Assembly: GCA_964398525.1 (NCBI GenBank)
Contig: CAYNMS010000002.1
Location: 2,403 to 66,402, forward strand
Origin: an uncultured Pseudomonadales bacterium
Lineage (GTDB): Bacteria; Patescibacteriota; Microgenomatia; UBA1400; CAYNFZ01
Reading direction: 5' to 3'
DNA: 64,000 nt
The position numbers were made by a program, and so were the translations under genes. The notes beneath the pieces are model-generated. The model worked only from the letters and a program-made list of their open reading frames with translations. It had not been told where the DNA came from and searched no databases. Below, piece by piece: positions 20,888-29,754 of this stretch; position 1 is the first letter of the stretch, and every line of letters begins with the position of its first letter.

Positions 20888-22318
20888 TTACTGGTCGAGA
20901 CGAGGAAATAAGGGTTTGAGGGCGGATATTTCAGGACCTTGAAAGTGACTGGTGAGAGTGGCACTGGTTTGGGGCAGGAAAGGTTGGAGCTCGAAGCTGA
21001 CTTGACGGAAATGAGCTACCAGGGTTTGAAGAGTGGATTGGAGTTGACTGCCTTGCTGCTGCCAAGGACGTTTTTCCTCAATGAGTTGATCGATTTCTTT
21101 GAGCCGGAGCCAAATGGAAGCCAAAGCCAGATCAAAACGATAATCATGGAGGTGATTTTTGACTTGAGAGCGCAGACCGGGAGGGGTATCTGAGGGGAAC
21201 TCGAGTCCGCTTTTGGCACAAAGGGAGGCAAGACGGGAGGCAGTGTTACCTAAACCGTTGGCGAGATCTGAATGATAGGCGGCGAGGAATTTATCTTTGG
21301 AAAAATCACTATCGGCAAAAGGAGAAACCTTGGCCAGAAGGAAATAACGAAGCGGGTCGGCACCGTAACGGTCAAGAAGAGGGAGAGGATCAAAAACGTT
21401 GCCAAGAGTTTTGCTCATTTTTTGGCCAGATACGGTTAAATATTCATGAACAAAAAGTGACTTGGGTAGTGCCAGGCCAGCGGAGAGAAGGAAAGCGGGC
21501 CAGTAGACAGCGTGGAAGCGAAGGATGCCTTTGCCAATGACGTGGACATCTGCTGGCCACCACTGATGGTATTTGGCCTGATCCCATCCGAAACCTACTC
21601 CAGACTGATAGATATTGAGAGCATCGAACCAAACGTAAATGCGCTGAGACGGGTCTCCCGGAACCGGGATGCCCCAGTCTCTGGCTCTTTGATTAGTGCG
21701 GGAAATACTAATATCGGCCAAACCCCGTTTGATGAAGGCAATGACTTCATTTTTTCGAGTTTGGGGGATGATCAATAATTGGTTGGAATCAATGAGGTGA
21801 AGAAGTTGGTCTTGGTAGCGAGAGAGGCGGAAAAAGTAATTGGTTTCAGTAACGGTTTCGAGTGACTTACCCGGGTGCTCGGGACACTGGTTATCTTCCA
21901 GTTCTTCGGGTTGATAGAAGGCTTCACAGCCAACACAATAAAGGCCGGAGTAAGATTTTTGATAAATGTCGCCGTTTTGGTCACAAAGTTGCCAGAGTTT
22001 TTGACTGGCGGGGTAGTGGTGAACTTGGTCGGAACCTTTTTGCCAAATATCAAAGGCGGCATTGAGTTTCTGAGAGAGAGCCAGAAAACTTTGAGTGTTT
22101 TGATCGACAAAGTCTTGGATAGGCTGGCCGGCGGCTTCGGCGGCTTGAACGTTTTTGAGGGCGTTTTCGTCGCCACCAGAGAGAGTGAGAACTTGGTCGC
22201 CAAGGAGCCGGCGGAAACGAGCGATGGTGTCGGCTTGGACAAATTCAAGCGCGTGGCCGATGTGGGGCCGGGCATTAACATAGGGGATAGCGGCGGTGAG
22301 ATAGTATTTTTGGGTCAT
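20888..22318 (-). CDS. metG: Methionine--tRNA ligase (no C-terminal tRNA-binding domain)
   Basis: PHIGHA, YCVGCE, YVWFDAL, KMSKTLGN. Confidence 0.97.
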   Translation of the reverse strand: MTQKYYLTAAIPYVNARPHIGHALEFVQADTIARFRRLLGDQVLTLSGGDENALKNVQAAEAAGQPIQDFVDQNTQSFLALSQKLNAAFDIWQKGSDQVHHYPASQKLWQLCDQNGDIYQKSYSGLYCVGCEAFYQPEELEDNQCPEHPGKSLETVTETNYFFRLSRYQDQLLHLIDSNQLLIIPQTRKNEVIAFIKRGLADISISRTNQRARDWGIPVPGDPSQRIYVWFDALNIYQSGVGFGWDQAKYHQWWPADVHVIGKGILRFHAVYWPAFLLSAGLALPKSLFVHEYLTVSGQKMSKTLGNVFDPLPLLDRYGADPLRYFLLAKVSPFADSDFSKDKFLAAYHSDLANGLGNTASRLASLCAKSGLEFPSDTPPGLRSQVKNHLHDYRFDLALASIWLRLKEIDQLIEEKRPWQQQGSQLQSTLQTLVAHFRQVSFELQPFLPQTSATLTSHFQGPEISALKPLFPRLDQ

Positions 22319-22336
22319 AGAAAAAATGAGGTGGAA

Positions 22337-22738
22337 TTAAGGAGATTTTAGCACAGGCTTGCCTGGTGGATGAGACAGGTAGAGAGCGGCGGCTTCAAAA
22401 GAGAGAAATAAGAGCAGGGTTAAGGCCAGATAAAGAAGATGGGAAAAACCAAGGAGGCGTAATAGTAAGATGGTTACCAGAAAAAGACTGATAAATAGTG
22501 AGCGACGAGTGTGGAGAAGAAGAAACTTGAGTGAGGAAAAGAGAGCGAGAAAGAGCAAGAGAAAGAAGGGTAGATAGAGGCCAGGAAGAAGCAGATTTTG
22601 AAAAAGGCGGGGAGGGAGCCGGAAGAAGATGTAGACCAAGATTGTCCAGGAAAGAATCGAGACAGTAAGATAAAACCAGCGGGAAGAAAGATGAAATTGA
22701 GGAGAGGTTTTTTGGAGACGACGATTGCGACGGGACAT
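22337..22738 (-). CDS. Hypothetical 4-TM membrane protein
   Basis: 133-aa hydrophobic ORF filling the gap; own -10 box. Confidence 0.7.
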   Translation of the reverse strand: MSRRNRRLQKTSPQFHLSSRWFYLTVSILSWTILVYIFFRLPPRLFQNLLLPGLYLPFFLLLFLALFSSLKFLLLHTRRSLFISLFLVTILLLRLLGFSHLLYLALTLLLFLSFEAAALYLSHPPGKPVLKSP

Positions 22739-22830
22739 GGGGATAGTGTAGCGGGAAAAAATCTGAGGGGGGAGGGGTAAATTCAGACTGGGAAAGTTGA
22801 TTGCAAGAGATGCCCTGGTAGAATGAGCTT

Positions 22831-23967
22831 ATGGATTTTATGGGGAGCTTGTTACTAATACTGTTGGTGGGAGTGGCGGTTTTGGTAGTGGTTTTGTATA
22901 GGAAATTGGAAGGATTGGCCAGCAGAACAGGAGAGATGGATGAGGAGAAAGCCAGGTCAATTGTGAATCAAGTGTTTGGTGAAATAAGCAATAAAGTAAT
23001 TTTGCAAACTAAAGGGGCTTTGTCGAGCGAGAAAGAGGCGATTTTTAAAGACAATGAAAATAAGGCAAAAGCGATTGAAAAAATGGTGGCGGAGTTGAAG
23101 ACAGAGATAGATGAGAGACAAAAGGAAATTAGAGGGTTGGAACAGGACCGAAATAAAAAATTTGGAGAGATAACCACGGCAATTGAGGAACATAGAAAAA
23201 TTACGGAAGAACTGAAGACTTCGACCCAATCGCTATCTAAAGTGTTATCCAACAACCAAACCCGAGGACAGTGGGGGGAGAGAATTATTGAGGATATTTT
23301 GCAGAGTGCAGGTTTGATGGAGGGGGTGCATTTTTTAAGACAGGCAACCTTGGGAAGTTCGAGTGTAAAACCGGATATAACCATATTGCTACCTAACCAG
23401 CGGAAAGTGTGTGTGGATGTGAAATTTCCATATGCGGAGATACAGAAAATGGCGTTGGCTGAGGGAAAAACGGCTAAAGCGGAACATTTGAAGAATTTTA
23501 GCAGGGATGTAAGAAAGAAAATTGGCGAGATAGAAACTAGAGGTTATATAGATGTTGAACATGGGACACTGGATTACGCGATTATGTTTGTGCCCAACGA
23601 AATGCTGTTTTCGTTTATAAATCAACAATTGCCTGATGTGGTAGACGAGGCTATGGATAAAAAAGTGATGATGGTCTCCCCGTTTACGTTTTTGATTGTG
23701 GCGCGAACGGTGATGGAATCTTACCGGAATTTTATGATGGAGAATAATTTAAAGACGATAGTTAAACATATAACTGAATTTGTAGACGACTGGAAAAGAT
23801 TTCAAGGGGAGTTTGGAAAGTTTGATGAGTCGATTGAATCAATGAGGAAAAGGTTTGATCAAATTTACACCACCAGATATAAACAAATGGATTTGAGAAT
23901 TAAGAGGATTCAAGAGGATCAACAAGAAAAACTAATTGAAGAGGGGCAACCTTTGTTGAAGGGGTAG
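22831..23967 (+). CDS. rmuC: DNA recombination protein RmuC
   Basis: N-terminal TM, coiled coil, RGQWGE, PD..VDVKFP, MFVPNE. Confidence 0.92.
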   Translation: MDFMGSLLLILLVGVAVLVVVLYRKLEGLASRTGEMDEEKARSIVNQVFGEISNKVILQTKGALSSEKEAIFKDNENKAKAIEKMVAELKTEIDERQKEIRGLEQDRNKKFGEITTAIEEHRKITEELKTSTQSLSKVLSNNQTRGQWGERIIEDILQSAGLMEGVHFLRQATLGSSSVKPDITILLPNQRKVCVDVKFPYAEIQKMALAEGKTAKAEHLKNFSRDVRKKIGEIETRGYIDVEHGTLDYAIMFVPNEMLFSFINQQLPDVVDEAMDKKVMMVSPFTFLIVARTVMESYRNFMMENNLKTIVKHITEFVDDWKRFQGEFGKFDESIESMRKRFDQIYTTRYKQMDLRIKRIQEDQQEKLIEEGQPLLKG

Positions 23968-23968
23968 G

Positions 23969-24499
23969 ATGGAAACCATAGTAACTAAAAGTGGCAAGAA
24001 GTTGATGGTGAGGGCACCCAATCCCGGGGACGCGAAAGTGGTGCTTACTTATATAAACGAGTTGGTTTTAGAGGATGTACCGATTTTAGTAAATGAAAAA
24101 CAAACTCTAGAAGATGAGGAAAGGTATATAAAGGAGGCTTTGGCTGAAATCGAACGAGAAGAAAAGATCCAATTGTTAGTGTTTGATGGTGAGAAACTGG
24201 TAGGAAATGCTCAAGTGGATAGAGGTAAATATCGGGAGAAGCATGTTGGAGTCTTGGGAATTTCGATAGCCAAAGACTTTCGGGGCATGGGAGTAGGCTA
24301 CAAGTTGGCAAAAGCCGTGACAGAAAAAGCAAGGGGGATAGGGGTAAAAATAGTAGTGTTGGAGTATATGAAAATAAATAAACTAGCAAGAAAAATGTAT
24401 GAGAAATTGGGATTTATTGAGTTTGGGGAATTGGCAAATGGGATGGAGTACCAAGGAAAGTTGGTGTCGAAGGGGTATATGTACAAACAACTAGATTAG
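23969..24499 (+). CDS. GNAT-family acetyltransferase
   Basis: FRGMGVG acetyl-CoA motif, N..ARKMYEKLGF. Confidence 0.9.
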   Translation: METIVTKSGKKLMVRAPNPGDAKVVLTYINELVLEDVPILVNEKQTLEDEERYIKEALAEIEREEKIQLLVFDGEKLVGNAQVDRGKYREKHVGVLGISIAKDFRGMGVGYKLAKAVTEKARGIGVKIVVLEYMKINKLARKMYEKLGFIEFGELANGMEYQGKLVSKGYMYKQLD

Positions 24500-25014
24500 G
24501 CTTGATAGAAGTAAACTCCTTTGAAGTTGTCTTTGAGGTGTTGGTGAAATTTGAGACCAGGGATTTGATAGTCGGGAGAAATGATGAGAGTGCCAGGTTT
24601 TAGTTGGGGAAGAATTTTGGATTTGACTGGTCCCATGTATTTGGTCATTTGATAGAGATAGACAATATCGACTTGGGAGAGATCCGCCCGCCACATGTCG
24701 CCAAAATGGATTTTGATTTTTTTATGGTCTACCCCACTCTTTCTGGTGCGCCAAAGAGCAGTTAAATAGACTAGAAAGTCAGATTCCCAGCCCTGAGCAA
24801 ATGAAGCTCCTTGTTTGACGGCTTCGATGAGAATGCGGCCATCACCACAGCCCAGGTCTGCGACATGGTCGCCTGGCTTGATAAAGCTGGTGATTGTTTT
24901 GAGACGCTCTTTAGGTAAGGGTACATAGGGAGAACCTTTGAAAGAAGTGTAGACGAAACTGGAAAGCCAAAAGAGAATGAGACCGAAAATCAGGAGGGCC
25001 AGAAGTGAGAGCAT
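24496..25014 (-). CDS. Membrane-anchored class I SAM-dependent methyltransferase
   Basis: N-terminal TM, GSPYVP, DLGCGDGR; start at MLSLL. Confidence 0.85.
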   Translation of the reverse strand: MLSLLALLIFGLILFWLSSFVYTSFKGSPYVPLPKERLKTITSFIKPGDHVADLGCGDGRILIEAVKQGASFAQGWESDFLVYLTALWRTRKSGVDHKKIKIHFGDMWRADLSQVDIVYLYQMTKYMGPVKSKILPQLKPGTLIISPDYQIPGLKFHQHLKDNFKGVYFYQA

Positions 25015-25087
25015 AAAAGCATTGTAGCGGCTAGGAGAGCGAATCGCCAGAAGATCAATGAAGACAGGAGGCTTTATAATAGCTCTT

Positions 25088-27907
25088 ATGGACCAGTTAA
25101 AAGGAATTGAAGAATTAAATTTAGAACAAAAACAAGCAGTAGAGAATGAAGACGGACCACAACTGATTGTGGCTGGGGCGGGAACCGGAAAAACCAGAGT
25201 GATCACCGAGAAAATGAAGTGGCTAGTAGAGAGAGGATTGAAGCCGGATGAGATTTTGGCATTGACTTTTACCGAAAAAGCAGCCGAGGAAATGGTAGGA
25301 AGACTGGACACGATAATGCCACTTGGATATGAAGAGCCGTGGGTGTCGACTTTTCATAGATTTGGAGAGAGAGTGTTGAAACAAGAAGCATTGGAGATTG
25401 GACTGGATCCTTCGTACCGGATTATGACCCAACCGGAACAGTGGCTGTTGGTAAAGGAGCATTTATTTGAGTTTGAGCTTAGTTATTACCGGCCGCTAGG
25501 AAACCCCAACAAGTTTATTGGTGCTTTGATTAAATTGTTTGCCAGAGCTGGTGATGAAAATGTAAGCGCTCAAGAGATTAGAGAATATGCCAAAAGTATA
25601 AAGGGGGACGTGGAAGAAACTGAAGTGGAAAAACTGTTGGAAGTGGCGGGAGCGTATGAAAAATATAACGAATTGAAACTGAAAGAGTCGGTAATGGATT
25701 TTGGAGATTTGATTTCGTGGTGTTTGAAACTGTTTGCAGAAAGAAGCAACGTGCTGGCAAAGTATCAGGGGCAGTTTAAGCATATTTTGGTGGATGAATT
25801 TCAGGACACAAATTACGCCCAGTATCAATTGATAAAGATGCTGGCGCCGGTTGAGAAACAGCCAAATTTAACGGTAGTGGGAGATGACAGCCAATCGATA
25901 TATCGATTTAGAGGAGCGGCGATTTCTAATATTTTGAATTTTATGAGGGATTACCCTAAGGCAAAGCAAATTGTACTGACCAAAAATTACCGCTCGATTC
26001 AGCCGATTTTGGATGGAGCTTATAGATTAATCAAACAAAACGACCCGGAGACTTTGGAGGCGAAACTGGGTATTAGTAAAAACCTGATAAGCCAACGACA
26101 AGTCAAGATTGATGAGAAACCCTTGGTGGTGGAACTAGACTCGGCAGAAGAGGAAGTGGGGTGGGTGATTAAAAAAATATTCGAACTGTTGGCAAAAGGT
26201 TACAACTATAAGGATGTGGCGATTGTGGCACGAGCCAATAGTCAACTTGAGGCTTATGTGGCAGGACTGAAGCAACTGTCACTACCCTATCGAAGGGTGG
26301 GAAATAGGGGGTTGTTTGATCAGGAGGAAATAAGAGGGTTAATTAACTTTATGAGAGTGATGGTTAACCCGGAAAATAACGTAGATTTGTTTGGTTATTT
26401 GTATATGGAGGAGCTGGAACTTAACAAAAGCTTGATCCTGAAAAAGCTAACTGAGGCAAAAAGAAACCGAGTGAGTTTGTATGAATTGATTTTAAAAGAT
26501 GAGTCTTTTGGCCGAGCAGTTGAGTTGATCCGACAGGCGCAAGAGAAAATAGATGAGCAAAAAAGTAGTCAGATTTTGTTTAATTTTGTCAATGAAAGTG
26601 GTTACTTGAAAAGACTGGTGGAGAAGGAAAGCTTGGAAAATGCTTTGAAGTTGAAAAATTTGAATTTATTTTTTAGATATTTGAGAGGCTTTGAGGAAAA
26701 AACAAATTTAAGTGTAGTGGGACTGGTGGAAATGTTGGATGACTTGATGGAGGCGGGAGAAAATCCCCAGCAAGCAGAAATTGAAGATATTGACGCGATT
26801 ACTTTAACCACAGCACACAGTGCTAAGGGGTTGGAGTTTGGAGTGGTATTTATGGTGAGTTTGGTGGCCGGGAGGTTTCCGGCATATGGCAGAAGAGACC
26901 CGATTGAGTTACCCACTGATTTATTTAAAGAAAGCTTGCCTGAAGAGGATAAAACTGCGGAAGAAAGACGACTGTTTTATGTGGGTATGACTCGAGCACG
27001 CGACCGGTTGTTTTTAACCTGGGCAAAAGATTATGGAGGAGTCAGAAAAAGAAAAGCATCCGGGTTTTTGACTGAAACAGGGTTTGAAGGGATAAAAGCA
27101 GAAACAAACGGACAATTGACGTTACTGGGAATTAAACCTCAAGACCCGCCGGTGATTTATGAGGGGGAACAAGAATATAGATTGGATCACTTGAGCTATT
27201 CGCAAATTGATACGTATAAAGCCTGTCCACTAAAGTTTAAATACAGATATATCCTACAAATTCCAGCTGAACCACACCACGCTTTATCTTTTGGGAGATC
27301 GATACATGAAACACTCAAAGAGTTTCACCAGTTTGAACAAGCAGGAAGAGAGGTGAAGCGGGAAGAGTTGCTGGCGATATATGAGAAAAATTTCGTGAAA
27401 GAAGGTTATGATTCGGAACAGCACAGAAGAGAGAGGTATGAAGCTGGGAGGTTAGCGATGAGTGATTATCACAGTAAATGCAAGGAACTGTTGGGGAGGG
27501 CGTGGAGATTGGAGCAGAGCTTTAAATTAGTGATCGGTGGAATTCCCTTGATTGGCAAGATCGACAGAATTGATAAAAACGGACAAGCTTATGAAATTAT
27601 TGATTATAAGACCGGATCGGCTGGAAGAAAAGGGCAGGCAGATAAAGATGAGCAGCTGAGTATTTATGCGCTAGCGGCTCATGAGGCGTTGGGGATTGAG
27701 GCAGAGCGGCTATCGCTTTATTTTATTGAGAGCAATGAGAAAGAGGCTTCGACAAGAACGCTAAAGCAAATGGAAAAGAAGAAGGCGGACTTGGAAGGAA
27801 TGGTGGAGGAGATTAAAAGTTCGAAATTTGAACCTAAGCCAGGTAATCCCTTTCCATGCGGATTTTGTGAGTACAGAACCATATGTCCGTTTGCGGACAG
27901 GGGTTAG
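25088..27907 (+). CDS. UvrD/PcrA-type helicase fused to a C-terminal PD-(D/E)XK nuclease
   Basis: AGAGTGKT, VDEFQDTN, AKGLEF, EERRLFYVGMTRA; C-terminal SYSQ..CP, GKIDRID, IIDYKTG, CxxC.....C. Confidence 0.92.
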   Translation: MDQLKGIEELNLEQKQAVENEDGPQLIVAGAGTGKTRVITEKMKWLVERGLKPDEILALTFTEKAAEEMVGRLDTIMPLGYEEPWVSTFHRFGERVLKQEALEIGLDPSYRIMTQPEQWLLVKEHLFEFELSYYRPLGNPNKFIGALIKLFARAGDENVSAQEIREYAKSIKGDVEETEVEKLLEVAGAYEKYNELKLKESVMDFGDLISWCLKLFAERSNVLAKYQGQFKHILVDEFQDTNYAQYQLIKMLAPVEKQPNLTVVGDDSQSIYRFRGAAISNILNFMRDYPKAKQIVLTKNYRSIQPILDGAYRLIKQNDPETLEAKLGISKNLISQRQVKIDEKPLVVELDSAEEEVGWVIKKIFELLAKGYNYKDVAIVARANSQLEAYVAGLKQLSLPYRRVGNRGLFDQEEIRGLINFMRVMVNPENNVDLFGYLYMEELELNKSLILKKLTEAKRNRVSLYELILKDESFGRAVELIRQAQEKIDEQKSSQILFNFVNESGYLKRLVEKESLENALKLKNLNLFFRYLRGFEEKTNLSVVGLVEMLDDLMEAGENPQQAEIEDIDAITLTTAHSAKGLEFGVVFMVSLVAGRFPAYGRRDPIELPTDLFKESLPEEDKTAEERRLFYVGMTRARDRLFLTWAKDYGGVRKRKASGFLTETGFEGIKAETNGQLTLLGIKPQDPPVIYEGEQEYRLDHLSYSQIDTYKACPLKFKYRYILQIPAEPHHALSFGRSIHETLKEFHQFEQAGREVKREELLAIYEKNFVKEGYDSEQHRRERYEAGRLAMSDYHSKCKELLGRAWRLEQSFKLVIGGIPLIGKIDRIDKNGQAYEIIDYKTGSAGRKGQADKDEQLSIYALAAHEALGIEAERLSLYFIESNEKEASTRTLKQMEKKKADLEGMVEEIKSSKFEPKPGNPFPCGFCEYRTICPFADRG

Positions 27908-27914
27908 GAAAAAA

Positions 27915-28949
27915 TTAAAGAGGAAAACGGGAGCGGAAACGAAGATATTTCCAGCGGAGACGGTCGAGTTTGGTGAAGAGATTGTAACGGGAAGGTTGCC
28001 AAACGTAGTCATAGGTACCAACAAATTCCATGAGAGTACCACCATAACCTTCTTTGAAACGGTGAAAACCGTACCAAGGATCGCTGGCGTCTGGATGGGG
28101 CCCAAGAGAGCCCCAGAAATCAAAGAGGGTACAGCCCTTAGAGAGACCAAAACGGATTGCTTCCCAAGCGAGTAGGTTGTTGGCCATAACATCCCGGTGT
28201 TGGCGGCTGCTGGCACCGTAGGGGTAGTAAAGAGTGTGGTTGTGTCGAAAAAGGATCCAGGCGCCGAGAGTTTGATCTTGATAGACAGCTTTGAGAAGAT
28301 GGGCCATGCCAGCGGAATGGAGATGTTGCCACATAAGCCGATGGTATTTTTCTGAGTGGGAGTAAAACTCCTGACGTGAGGTGGTTTGACGCCAAAGATC
28401 TAGGTATTGGTTGAAGCCAGTTTCAGAATTATCTTCAACGACGGTGACGCCTTTTTTTTGAGCGAGCCGAATGTTGTAGCGGGTTTTGCTTTTGAGATTG
28501 GCAAAAAGGGCGTCTTCACCTGGGGTGAGATCGAGGATAAAGCTAAAAGGGGTAAACATCGGCCGGCCGGCGACGTGATTATGTTCCTGGAGAAATTGCC
28601 GGGCGGCCTTGATGTCGGCTGAAGGCGAGTCAACTGGTGAGTAAAGATTGGGCTCGTTTTTGATGTAGATAAGATTATGTTTTTCGGCGGCAGTTTTGAG
28701 GGCAAAAAGTTGGGCATCATCGGGAAAGCCGGCTTTGGGGAGATAGCCCAATTTCCAGCCAAGACGGGGTATTTGATGAATGGTGATTTGAAAACTTTGA
28801 AGGATATTGGGGCCATCGAAAAGAGCAAGGCGTAAAAGATCGGTGCCGGTAGCACGGCGAAAGTCTCCCCAAGCCCAGGTTTGGAGTGGATGAGTGGCGA
28901 CAGAATCAAATTTGGCTTTTTCTTGAAGGAGAGGTTCTCTGATGAGCAT
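27915..28949 (-). CDS. FemABX-family peptidoglycan aminoacyltransferase
   Basis: HPLQTWAWG, KTRYNIRLAQKKGV, FDFWG, GFHRFKEGYGG. Confidence 0.9.
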   Translation of the reverse strand: MLIREPLLQEKAKFDSVATHPLQTWAWGDFRRATGTDLLRLALFDGPNILQSFQITIHQIPRLGWKLGYLPKAGFPDDAQLFALKTAAEKHNLIYIKNEPNLYSPVDSPSADIKAARQFLQEHNHVAGRPMFTPFSFILDLTPGEDALFANLKSKTRYNIRLAQKKGVTVVEDNSETGFNQYLDLWRQTTSRQEFYSHSEKYHRLMWQHLHSAGMAHLLKAVYQDQTLGAWILFRHNHTLYYPYGASSRQHRDVMANNLLAWEAIRFGLSKGCTLFDFWGSLGPHPDASDPWYGFHRFKEGYGGTLMEFVGTYDYVWQPSRYNLFTKLDRLRWKYLRFRSRFPL

Positions 28950-28961
28950 AAGTCGATTGTA

Positions 28962-29606
28962 TCATGGCCTCTGGTGACGATGAGTAAGGAGACGGAACAA
29001 AGCTTGAAATGACCTTTTTATACCCAAAAGGAGAAGAAGAGCGTCTGAATGAGGCGAGGCGGTTTGGAGATAGAGAAGTTCTGATTGGAGGCGTTTATCC
29101 AGTGATGGCAGAGGTAGAAAGCGGATTGCCGGTGATATGAGTCCAGGCCGGACGGTGAAACGGGCACGGGCTTTGGAGGGGAGTTTTTTGGATTGGCTGG
29201 GCTCGAGAGGACGGGGACCAATTAGACTCATATGGCCGGAGAGAATATTGAAAAGCTGAGGGAGTTCATCTAAGCCCGTGTGGGAGAGTAAAAATCCTAG
29301 ACGAGTAAAACGAGGGTCGTGGTGGATTTTAAACAAAGGAGGTTCGGCTTGATTGAGATGCTGATGACGCCAACGTTGTTGGGGAGCACCTTTGATCATG
29401 GTACGAAACTTGATTAGAGTAAAGGAGCGGGCGCGAAAACCTGTGCGTTTTTGACGAAAAAAAACGGGAGGGCCTGAAGTAATTAGAATTAAGAGAAATA
29501 GAGTTAAGAATGTTGGAAGTAAAAGGAGGATGAGGAGAACGGAAACTGAGAGATCGAAAATCCGTTTGGCGGGATGGCTGAGATAAGGTGAAAGAATTTG
29601 GGGCAT
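28962..29606 (-). CDS. Bacterial sugar transferase (priming phosphoglycosyltransferase)
   Basis: KRIFDL, KFRTM, DPRFT, LDELPQLFNIL.G.MSLIGPRP. Confidence 0.9.
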   Translation of the reverse strand: MPQILSPYLSHPAKRIFDLSVSVLLILLLLPTFLTLFLLILITSGPPVFFRQKRTGFRARSFTLIKFRTMIKGAPQQRWRHQHLNQAEPPLFKIHHDPRFTRLGFLLSHTGLDELPQLFNILSGHMSLIGPRPLEPSQSKKLPSKARARFTVRPGLISPAIRFLPLPSLDKRLQSELLYLQTASPHSDALLLLLGIKRSFQALFRLLTHRHQRP

Positions 29607-29754
29607 GGTTTATGCTAGATAAAGATGTTAAGTAAATTTAAAAGAAGATTTGGTTGGCAACTTTTGCCGGGGTGGGCTAAGGTGTTATTAGTGCTGGAAG
29701 TGTTGGTGGGAGTGGTTTTTTTGGGCGGAATGGTGTGGGTGATTTGGGGGTGAA

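Noticed and set aside
24496-25311. Apparent long overlaps of divergent genes (also 31699-31887 and 53208-53296)
   Set aside because: Artefacts of the longest-ORF track; downstream starts (25014, 25088, 31623, 53289) remove them.
27180-27907. Cas4-like nuclease domain as a sign of CRISPR-Cas
   Set aside because: It is fused to a UvrD helicase; no cas1/cas2 or array is present.
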